Source of the DNA: a virus
Strand: one strand, 5' to 3'
IMG/VR virus record: IMGVR_UViG_3300017971_004694
DNA: 64,000 nucleotides
The position numbers and the translations under genes are program-made. The stretch's first letter is position 1; each line of letters begins with the position of its first letter. Shown in pieces: positions 10,002 to 18,063 of this stretch. The notes below the pieces were generated by a model that worked only from the letters and a program-made list of their open reading frames with translations, ran no database searches and was not told where the DNA came from.

Positions 10002-10731
10002 TTAGTCTTTCTTCTTTTTCTTGTCTTTCTTACCATAGCGCTTTTTGATTTCAGCGCGTTTCTTGTCGCTAAGCTCATTGTCCCAGATGTCGCCAACAAT
10101 TTCACTAACTCTCTTGGTGGAATAATCTGGATTTTTCTTCTTCACATCTTTCACAGTTTTATCCCACCACCCCTTTGGTGCTTTTTCCTCAGCGCCCTCT
10201 GGCGGCTTTTCATCTTTGCCCTTCCAAGTTTTATACTTAGTCTTCTTTACTTTTTTTTTTTGCTACTCTCTCGATTGTCTCATCAAGAAGACTGGCCATT
10301 GCGTCAAAGCCCTGTTTGTCGAGGGTGTCGGCAACCTTAACCAAGTGCTTCAGCGCAAAGTCCGCTGCAATAGCCTCACGGTCATCAACTAGCTGGCCGT
10401 CGGCTGCGGCAGGAGGCATTGTCTCGCCTGGCTTCTTAAGTTCTTTGAGTTTGTCTTGTCTTGCTTGAGTAGCCGCATCAACATTGCCGCCTGCTCCCGC
10501 CTCCTTATCCGCTGCTTTCAATGCGTCCAAGTGCTTGTTATAAATTTGCGTAACCTGATTTGCGTCTTTCGCGCCCGCAAGCTCCTTCTTAAAAGCAGCG
10601 AGTGCTCCAGCAGCTTCCTTCTTAAGAGAAGCCTCTTTGTGAAACAGATCCGTAAAAGACTCGTCGCCTAGCTGTTCAGCCATAGCTTCAAGAATCTCAT
10701 CTGCATGTTTATTTTTAAGGCTGGTGCTCAT
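10002..10731 (-). CDS. Head-module protein (about 242 aa) with C-terminal HMG-box-like domain; frame broken at an A11 run
   Basis: Track ORF 10237-10731 stops soon after an A11 run (plus T11, 10251-10261). Removing one A continues into KVKKTKY...PKGWWDKTVKDVKKKNPDYSTKRVSEIVGDIWDNELSDKKRAEIKKRY...KD* (stop 10002-10004), filling an otherwise empty 250-bp gap. Confidence 0.7.
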
Positions 10732-10748
10732 ATTAAGCCTCCTAATAT

Positions 10749-10916
10749 TTATTTGTTTTCTTCCTTAGAACCTATATTTATCACTCTTATACCATCTGCT
10801 ATTTCCTTGACTTCTTCAATATGCTCATCAAAAAACTCAAGGAAGCCTTCAATTTCCTCGTCGGTCAACCCAAAATCTTTCTTAAGAGAATCAACTTCAT
10901 CATTAGGATAATTCAT
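10749..10916 (-). CDS. Small acidic protein (55 aa), not in ORF track
   Basis: ATG at 10916 with GAGGAG SD; MNYPNDEVDSLKKDFGLTDEEIEGFLEFFDEHIEEVKEIADGIRVINIGSKEENK*. Confidence 0.65.
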   Translation of the reverse strand: MNYPNDEVDSLKKDFGLTDEEIEGFLEFFDEHIEEVKEIADGIRVINIGSKEENK

Positions 10917-10930
10917 AAGTTCTCCTCAGA

Positions 10931-10968
10931 AATAAGAAGAGGTCCCGGAGCCCAATTGCTCCGGGACC
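10931..10968 (-). terminator. Rho-independent terminator after the scaffold gene
   Basis: Perfect 11-bp stem GGTCCCGGAGC/GCTCCGGGACC (10941-10968), 6-nt loop, followed on the minus strand by TCTTCTTATTT. Confidence 0.75.
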
Positions 10969-10978
10969 GTATTAACAA

Positions 10979-12975
10979 TTAATCCCACAGTTTAAGAACT
11001 TGAGTGGAAAGATCTTCCGACACTACGCCTTCACCAAGGTCGTCGCTCGTCACGCCAACCTGAAGTGCTGGGGCAGCAGTCTTAACTGGAGATGGCTTCG
11101 TTGCGCGGCCAAGGGCACGCTTAAACGATTCAAAGCTCTCAGCATCGATCTTCATGAGATCGTCTACCTGCTTGTCAAGAGCAGCCTTCCCATCAGGAAG
11201 AAGGCCCTTCTCTTGCATCTCAAGAGCAACAGCAAAGGCTCTCTTCATGCGAACCTTCTGCTCCTCAAGATCCGAAGCTGTTTTCTTCTGGGCATATTCC
11301 TTGGTCAGTTCGGCGCCGAAAGTCTTGCTCTCGGAATCTCCCTCACCAAAATAATCCTTCCAGTATTTAGCAGCGGCAGGATCTACTGCAAAAGCCTTAA
11401 GCTTCTCTTCATCGCTTAGGTCTCCCAGATTTAGAGCACCCTCTTTAAGCAATCCACCAAGGTGTTCCATGGCTTCGCGGACCTTTGGAAGATTCTGAAC
11501 TGCCTTCATAATCTCCTCATGCATCTCCACGAGGCCCTCCACAGTGGCTTCTGGGGTCTTAGTATCAAGCTGACCAAGACCAAAGCTCTTACCAAGCGGC
11601 ATGTCTGTATCTACCGTGGTCTGTGGATCCAACTTGAGCTGATACTTGGCTCCAACCTCGGCTGCGATCTTCTCACGCCACGCGCGGCGGTCTTCAGCGG
11701 TGACTTCAAGATCATCAGCTTCGGCTTCATCAAGCATCTGAATAAGCTCGTCATCGAGCATATTTACATCATCAGCAAGCTGCTCATCATCGGCCATACC
11801 TTCAAGCTCTCCCTCAAGCAGAGCCTCTGGTTCTTCGTCTTCCATAACCTCGACTCCTGCCATCTCTGGGCCACCATGCTCCTCTTCCTTCATTTCCTCT
11901 TCCATGAATTCTTCGGTAAGACCCTTCTCTTCTAGAACCTTCTCTACAATCGCCTTGATGGCTTCCTCGTCTGCGGCCATGCACTCACCACTACCCTCTT
12001 CCCCTTCCTGAGCTTGACGGACCATTTCACGACGACGCTCGGCGCGAGCCTCTAGAAGCTTCTCAACGATAAGCTCAGCCTTGCTCTTTTTCTTATCCTC
12101 TTTCTCTTCCTTCTTTTCTTTCTTTTCCTTCTTTTTCTCTATGGCTTCCTCAAGAGCAGGAGGCAGTTTGCCCTTTTTGCCCTTCTTCTTTTTCTTTGGC
12201 TTCTCTTCCTTTTCTTCCTTCTCTTCCTTCTCTTCCTTCTCTTCCTTCTCTTCCTTTTCTCCATTCTCTTCCTCTTCTTCCTTCTCTTCCCCCTTAGCTG
12301 CATCAACTATCAACGAGGCCTCTTTACGAAGCTCAACGTTTTCGTCAACAGCATCCTTGGAAAGTCTAAGAAGCTCGGCTACAACAATATCTTCCTCGCC
12401 CTTTCCAGCCTTCTTGCGGCTTTCAAGCGATTCGGCAAGCATAGCGAGTTCATCTGCACTCTCATCGAGAGCGGCGTAGGTGGACTGAATTTTATCGGTC
12501 ACTTCAGCAGTAGCCAGCATTTCTGGGTCATCGGCAGCGTCGTCTGCATCGTCGGCGTCATCTGCATCGTCAGCCTCAGTTGGAGATGGAAGCTCGGCCT
12601 CACCCTTTCCGGTAGTTTCCTCAAGGGCATCCTTGAGATCGCCAAGGGCCTTCTCAGCCTCTTCCAGATTTTCAGTAAGGGTCTCAACAGCCTGATCCAC
12701 TGGATCTTTTGCAGGCTCTTTTTCCTCTACTTCTTCTGGGCCAGGTTCACCACCGAGATCCATTGGGGGCATCTCTGGGGCACCAGCGGCAGGTGGGGGT
12801 GCTGGAGGTGCTGGAGGTGCAGGTGGTTGGGCGGTCTTAGTAAGACCGTCGCCCTTAAGAACGTAAGCCACCTTTGCAAGACCATCCTTACGAATAGCCT
12901 TAAGAACCTCGCGACCATAGCGTTTGCTGGTAAAAATATCCCACTGGTCATCAAGCTGATCTTCCCAAACCTCGC
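10979..12975 (-). CDS. Capsid scaffolding protein (acidic coiled coil); probably the C-terminal part of a protease-scaffold fusion
   Basis: E/K-rich helical sequence ending in a short helix (STQVLKLWD). The track start at 12871 has no SD; the frame is open further up (EVWEDQLDDQWDIFTSKRYGREVLKAIRKDGLAKVAY) until TGA at 12986-12988. Confidence 0.7.
12201..12254. repeat. 9-nt coding tandem repeat x6 (KEE)
   Basis: ttctcttcc/ttttcttcc units. Confidence 0.9.
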
Positions 12976-15090
12976 ACCAGTAGCCTCAAGAACCTTGTCG
13001 GGACCAGCATAAACTTCCCAACGAGACTTCTCCTTGTTCACAGAGGTCTTCGCATCGTCATTGAAAGCCATGACGAACTTGGCGCGAAGCTTCTGGTCAG
13101 CGCGGAGGTGCTTCTTCTTCTCAGCAAGCTCAGCTGCGCCGCCACCAAGATTCTCTGGATTCTCGTCCAGATACATACCAACCATCTGCTTGTCTTCTTT
13201 CTTTTTGACATTATCATTGGTTGGATCGACCGGATAGGTCTGTGGCTCATTGACGCCACCGCCGCCCTGGTGATAGGCCCTCTTCTCACCGAAGACCTCT
13301 TCCATTGAATAGGCATTCTGCTCTGGATCATCAACGGCATCGTCGGCTGCACCGGAAGCGACTTCCTTATAGACGGTTTTTCCATCGGCGCCTTGCATAG
13401 GAACCAACTTCTTTCCATCGGTGGTGGTAATCATACCCTCGCCGCTAGAAAGAAAAGCGTGCCTCTTCAGCCTGCGCTCCTCAAGCTCTGCCCTAGACAG
13501 TTGCTTCTTAAGTCCAAGTTCCTTAGAACCACCACCAAGGTTCTCTGGATTTTCATCGAGATACATCCCGACCATTTGCTTATCTTCTTTCGCTTTCACT
13601 TGATCGTTCAATGGGTCCACTGGGTAGGTCTGTGGTTCATTTGCTCCACCACCTCCCTGATGATAAGCGGACTTCTTGAACTCTGCACGACGGGCCTCAG
13701 CCCTTTCACGAAGCTCTTTTTCAGACATAGTATGCTCCTCCTTTTTTATCTGGACGCCACTGGCTAAGTCTCCAAGTGCATTTTCCAAAGCGTCCACTTT
13801 GTTATATATATTAGTTACTTCACTTGCGAATCGAACATCAAATCCCGTTGGGTCGTTATAGTTGTCGGGGCCGGATTTAAGATCCTGTATGTATCCATGG
13901 CCGCCCCTACCGCTGGTCATCGCTTTATTCCCAGCAAGACCATACGGTGGATGTATTACTTCCACGTCTGCCGCCTGGGCTACTGGAGGCGTTGGGGGCG
14001 CCTCTGGTGCTGCTTCTTCTGGTGGCCCCTCAGCAGATGCTAATTCAACAATCTTATTCATTAGCATCTCTCTAACCTGAGGAGGCAGATCCGGATTATC
14101 CTTGAGGATGTTGCTCCAGTTACGTGCCTCTTCATCAGCTCCAGCAGCTTCCTTGACTAAGCCCTGTGATAAATTGGCGACAGTCTCGCGAAGGTCTTTA
14201 ACATCCTTGGCCAAACTATCAAGTTCGCCAGGAGTAACACAACCAGCAGCCCTAAGCTCATTAATTCTATCTTCCTTTTCCTCAGAATATTTATTGAGGC
14301 TGGCTATTACGCTTCTTAGTTGTGCGCCTGGATCTGCGCCGGTCACCACGAGGCCAAGCTCAATTGGAGAAAGATCAACGTTAATTTCTCCATATGTTTG
14401 CTTACCCTTAACACAAGGACAATAATCGGCTTCTACCTTTGCGACATTGCCGCACTCAAAACAGATAGACTTTCCAACAGCCGTTCCCATAGAGACGTTA
14501 TTGGCATATCCCGTAGAAACCTTTCTGGCCAAGTCCGGATAGTTAATCTTATCCAAAGCACATAGGGCGATGACGCGTTTGCGGGTTTCATCATAGTGAG
14601 TGTCAATTATGATGCCCCTAATTCCATCGACAGAGCTGCTTTGGTGATCTTTGCAGAGGGGCCTTCCAATCCATTTCCTATAGGCTAATTTAAGTTCTGA
14701 CTCTGGGAAAATATCGCCATTGTTGTTTTTGTATGGCTTGATGCTTGAATCACTACATTTCCATTTCCAAGAGCCGTTCTTTTTGTTGACGACCCACTCA
14801 CAAGTAACTGGATCATCACCAACTTTTTTGATTTCTCCATTTGCATCTAACAAAGCGGCTTCTGCCGCATGCATCATTACGCAACTGAAATACAAAAAAT
14901 CTTTAGCCTTTGGTGCTACGCGCTTCAAATGATTAGCATATTTCAAGAAGCGCTTTCTGATTTGTGCGTCCGCCTCTGCAACTTTGGGACTAAGCAATAG
15001 TTCTTTTACGTCAGGATTAGACAACGCCGAACAGGGAGAGTGAATCTCATCAGTGCTGAATTGTGCTTCAGCATATTTAATTATGGACAT
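12727..15090 (-). CDS. Prohead (maturation) serine protease, HK97-gp4/assemblin-like fold, N-terminal part of a probable about 1370-aa protease-scaffold precursor
   Basis: Start MSIIKYA at 15090 with GGAG SD. Motifs NNNGDIFPESEL, PLCKDH (catalytic His candidate), VSMG (catalytic Ser candidate), CFEC...CPC Zn site and ELGLVVTGADP. The last about 80 aa of this frame look out of frame. Confidence 0.8.
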   Translation of the reverse strand: MSIIKYAEAQFSTDEIHSPCSALSNPDVKELLLSPKVAEADAQIRKRFLKYANHLKRVAPKAKDFLYFSCVMMHAAEAALLDANGEIKKVGDDPVTCEWVVNKKNGSWKWKCSDSSIKPYKNNNGDIFPESELKLAYRKWIGRPLCKDHQSSSVDGIRGIIIDTHYDETRKRVIALCALDKINYPDLARKVSTGYANNVSMGTAVGKSICFECGNVAKVEADYCPCVKGKQTYGEINVDLSPIELGLVVTGADPGAQLRSVIASLNKYSEEKEDRINELRAAGCVTPGELDSLAKDVKDLRETVANLSQGLVKEAAGADEEARNWSNILKDNPDLPPQVREMLMNKIVELASAEGPPEEAAPEAPPTPPVAQAADVEVIHPPYGLAGNKAMTSGRGGHGYIQDLKSGPDNYNDPTGFDVRFASEVTNIYNKVDALENALGDLASGVQIKKEEHTMSEKELRERAEARRAEFKKSAYHQGGGGANEPQTYPVDPLNDQVKAKEDKQMVGMYLDENPENLGGGSKELGLKKQLSRAELEERRLKRHAFLSSGEGMITTTDGKKLVPMQGADGKTVYKEVASGAADDAVDDPEQNAYSMEEVFGEKRAYHQGGGGVNEPQTYPVDPTNDNVKKKEDKQMVGMYLDENPENLGGGAAELAEKKKHLRADQKLRAKFVMAFNDDAKTSVNKEKSRWEVYAGPDKVLEATGARFGKISLMTSGIFLPANAMVARFLRLFVRMVLQRWLTFLRATVLLRPPNHLHLQHLQHPHLPLVPQRCPQWISVVNLAQKK
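13099..13665 (-). repeat. Internal duplication: two 59-aa peptides (13489-13665 and 13099-13275)
   Basis: YHQGGGG[AV]NEPQTYPVDP.ND.VK.KEDKQMVGMYLDENPENLGGG..EL..KK.L.RA-like sequence in both copies. Confidence 0.95.
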
Positions 15091-15232
15091 TGCGTTCTCC
15101 GCCGTTTGGATTTTCTTTCTCTTTCTCTGTTTTCTCATCGTCAAGGCCAGCTTGTTTTCTAATTTCCTTTTCTGCTTCTTCTTTGTCGTCATAGACATTA
15201 TCGATTTTGGTTGTGGATCTTTTGATAATCAT
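15077..15232 (-). CDS. Small charged protein (51 aa), not in ORF track
   Basis: MIIKRSTTKIDNVYDDKEEAEKEIRKQAGLDDEKTEKEKENPNGGERNVHN*; starts 4 nt after the upstream stop, overlaps the protease start and contains IRKQA. Confidence 0.55.
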   Translation of the reverse strand: MIIKRSTTKIDNVYDDKEEAEKEIRKQAGLDDEKTEKEKENPNGGERNVHN

Positions 15233-15235
15233 AGC

Positions 15236-15880
15236 TTAACGCTCCATCATTTTAATCAAACGGGCACGCCTAATAATATGCCCACGGATTTCACTAGCGT
15301 TTTTTCTTCCCAAAATGTTCTTACGAAAGTGAGTTTTCATTTGTTTGTCTATAATATTTTCGATACTCCTAATTATCTTGTCAGCCCTGTCCGAGGTGGC
15401 CATGATCTTGTTCACCTGTTCTGGATCTCCAAAGTCTTCGAAAGCCTCGATGAACTCCTCCAGAAACTCAGTAAGCTGTTGCATGCCATCCTGAAGAGCT
15501 GACTTAATTTGTCTTGTAGCAGTATCTTTTTCTAAAGGTTTAAGGATATGAATATATCCTGTATTTTGTTGAGGGGTTTCGGTCAAATCTTTTTCTTCTT
15601 CTTTTTGACCAGCGAAATCAATAATCAGTTTTGTATATCTATCTTTAACTTCTCTTTGAAATCTTCGAAGCAAATGTCTTATGCCGTATAGGTCTTCAGT
15701 GGAGGCAACCTGATTTTTCTTCAGCACATTAATGAGCCTATTGTCATGCTGTCTCGCAGCCCAAAGGTCTTTCAGGAATTTATCAAACATACGAATAGCC
15801 TCTTTGGCCGTCTGCTTTTCGGCATCAGAAATCTCGTATGAACGAAGTAAAGGTTGTTGAGCTTGCTTGTCAATACCCAT
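15236..15880 (-). CDS. Hypothetical helical head-module protein
   Basis: 214-aa ORF starting MGIDKQA; helical/coiled composition. Confidence 0.7.
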   Translation of the reverse strand: MGIDKQAQQPLLRSYEISDAEKQTAKEAIRMFDKFLKDLWAARQHDNRLINVLKKNQVASTEDLYGIRHLLRRFQREVKDRYTKLIIDFAGQKEEEKDLTETPQQNTGYIHILKPLEKDTATRQIKSALQDGMQQLTEFLEEFIEAFEDFGDPEQVNKIMATSDRADKIIRSIENIIDKQMKTHFRKNILGRKNASEIRGHIIRRARLIKMMER

Positions 15881-15929
15881 TAACAGACCTCGCGTATCAA
15901 AATATAACTCGTCAAAATTAATGGATAAA

Positions 15930-15937
15930 TATTAATA
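15930..15937 (-). promoter_or_regulatory. Putative late promoter TATTAATA
   Basis: Exact motif in an 86-bp gap, 50 nt upstream of the 15880 start. Confidence 0.45.
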
Positions 15938-15966
15938 GATTTCAGCTATTTCCATCTAACAAAATG

Positions 15967-16227
15967 CTACTGTGTGCTAATGTATTGGGAGGAAAATCCT
16001 TCCCAGGCAAACCCTTGATTCATGTCTTGAACAGTGCTGTCTCTTAAACCTACGATATTTTTAGCAAGTTCCGCGACCTCTTTATTATACTCTGGATCGT
16101 TGGTTTCGTTCTCCATGATGAAGCTGTGCAGAATATCCGTAACAACAGATGCGGCGCGTATGAATTTTTTGCGGCTTAGCTCATCAATTAGGTTAGACAG
16201 ATCGCCTATGACCTCGTTTTTTATCAT
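15967..16227 (-). CDS. Hypothetical protein (86 aa)
   Basis: Start overlaps upstream stop (ATGA); weak helical-hairpin motif. Confidence 0.65.
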   Translation of the reverse strand: MIKNEVIGDLSNLIDELSRKKFIRAASVVTDILHSFIMENETNDPEYNKEVAELAKNIVGLRDSTVQDMNQGFAWEGFSSQYISTQ

Positions 16228-17750
16228 TTTATGCCGCCTCCTGGTGCAAACGGTATAGACATGATTCCAGTTGGAACCGTGCTAGTTATGTAGGTTGTGT
16301 ATCCAACACTGGCGGGCTCCGGGAAAGGAACGTCGTTTCTTGCGGGTGTTGGGAGGGAACATTCTTGCTCTTGCTCTTCTAACTCTGGATTTTCATAAGG
16401 TTCTTTATCACCCAATGATTCTCTAATCTTATCTGTATCAACTGGCTTTTCGCCGCAAGGCTCAGAGAACCAATCGATGAGATCGACAAACATATCTTTA
16501 AATCCATAAGCTTTTGCTTCGGCGTATGCTGCCTTACATGGCCATCCGTTCTCGGTTCTAAATCTGGCTATGACGCCGCCCGTTCTATCTTGGCCAAAAT
16601 AGCAATGAACATAACAGGGTTTTTGAACTAAAAGCTTTGTGACGCAGTTTCCAAGAATATTTCTGCCGTATTCTTCTGGGCGTCCGCTCTCTAGAAATGC
16701 TGGGACATGCTCTAAGCCTACATCGTTGCACATTCGAGCGATGTCTGGATTCGCATGCAACGAGATCACCCTTTCTACTCCAAGTGATTTCATAGCTTCC
16801 AATTGTGCGTGGTCATCAATCATTCCGCCCCTATACACCATCCCAGGAACGACCACTGCAAAATTCCTGGGAAGCGACCTAGGGTTTGGTCTCAAATCTC
16901 CAATTTTATTCAAGGTTTCTACATCGAGCTTTCCTGTGGGTTGCAAGCCACTCTTTGCCTGCCAGCTAGCCAGCCCAACCACAAAATCAGCATCTAGTTG
17001 GGCAGTCTTACAAATATCTGTAATTATTCCAAACAAATCCATAACTGTCTTGCTGTGGGAAACTTTTTGATTAAATTCTACAGCATCCTCTATATCAAAC
17101 GCTGCAAGTCTCGGCTCACCTTTTAACAAAAGTGCGACACCTGTTTTGACCATCTGGTATTGATTCTTGTTAGCCGTGTGAGCTACAAATTCCAGATCCG
17201 GCTCGCCTATTGGGCTGTCGGGCAAATATTTCTGCCTGATGTCTTCAAGCTGCGAAGCAGCTTCTACGAGAGACGCCATAGCTCTTGGACGCATTCTGAG
17301 TCTTTGCATGAATTGTCTCGCCTCTGTCTCCGCCTCTGGCTCTCCTAGGAATGGAGATGTGACAGGGCGCGGTGCGCCCCTTCCAAGATGGCCCATCTCA
17401 TGAACGATGGTTTCCATCAAGCCGTCGAGAACAGCGTTTTCAAGCTCGCCTGAAGTTACAGTCTGCTTTGTTGCTTGGCCAGAATTGCGCATTGTGATCT
17501 CTCTAATCCTATCCTTGAAGATGTGGATCTCGCGCGGGTTTTTATTGGGGCCACTTTCCACATGACCCAATTGCCCAGAGCCACCTCCAGAGTGAACCTT
17601 GATTCTTATGTCTGGAGGCAGAAGACCTGGGCTGATTTGGTCAATCATATTCACTGCCTTATCAACAGCGGGATCCCAAGGCTCAATGACTATCCTGGCT
17701 GCTCGTTTGCTAAATGAAAAGCTCACTTCAATCTCCTTATACGGTTCCAA
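16224..17750 (-). CDS. Multidomain protein: zincin-like HExxH domain, PG-binding-like motif and cysteine-based tyrosine/dual-specificity phosphatase
   Basis: HEMGH (17388-17402); WQAKSGLQPTGKLDVET; NFAVVVPGMVYRGG...VERVISL...HCYFGQDRTG (16578-16607, CX5R loop). Confidence 0.75.
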   Translation of the reverse strand: MEPYKEIEVSFSFSKRAARIVIEPWDPAVDKAVNMIDQISPGLLPPDIRIKVHSGGGSGQLGHVESGPNKNPREIHIFKDRIREITMRNSGQATKQTVTSGELENAVLDGLMETIVHEMGHLGRGAPRPVTSPFLGEPEAETEARQFMQRLRMRPRAMASLVEAASQLEDIRQKYLPDSPIGEPDLEFVAHTANKNQYQMVKTGVALLLKGEPRLAAFDIEDAVEFNQKVSHSKTVMDLFGIITDICKTAQLDADFVVGLASWQAKSGLQPTGKLDVETLNKIGDLRPNPRSLPRNFAVVVPGMVYRGGMIDDHAQLEAMKSLGVERVISLHANPDIARMCNDVGLEHVPAFLESGRPEEYGRNILGNCVTKLLVQKPCYVHCYFGQDRTGGVIARFRTENGWPCKAAYAEAKAYGFKDMFVDLIDWFSEPCGEKPVDTDKIRESLGDKEPYENPELEEQEQECSLPTPARNDVPFPEPASVGYTTYITSTVPTGIMSIPFAPGGGIK

Positions 17751-18063
17751 GTATTTTGCCCAACTCGATTATCACCTGACCAACGAACCCTGGGTCAAGG
17801 CCCATTAGCAAGTTTTTGGTAATTCCAATAGCCTGACCAATAGCCGATGATGGCGGCAACCTTTTAGCACCCAGATCAACAGAAGATATTCTAAGCACTT
17901 TGCCTCTTAGCCTGCGCAAAAAGCGCCCGCGAAGTCTTACTGGAACACGGTGAAACATAAACTGAATAATCTTAAAGATAGACGCAGCCGCTTGGTCGGG
18001 TCTTGTGCCCGGCTGCTGAGCTTCCTTGCAAATGTCTCTTATGGAAAGTTTAATATCGGTCAT
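17737..18063 (-). CDS. Hypothetical basic protein (108 aa)
   Basis: Operon-coupled ORF; ICKEA motif near the N-terminus. Confidence 0.7.
   Translation of the reverse strand: MTDIKLSIRDICKEAQQPGTRPDQAAASIFKIIQFMFHRVPVRLRGRFLRRLRGKVLRISSVDLGAKRLPPSSAIGQAIGITKNLLMGLDPGFVGQVIIELGKILGTV

Noticed and set aside
12727-12972. C-terminal about 80 aa of the 823-aa track ORF
   Set aside because: Overlaps the scaffold frame, which carries the plausible sequence; treated as an out-of-frame tail after the frame break.
15091-15198. Basic N-terminal extension of the protease ORF
   Set aside because: A better SD-linked ATG lies at 15090 and another frame here encodes a coupled 51-aa ORF.
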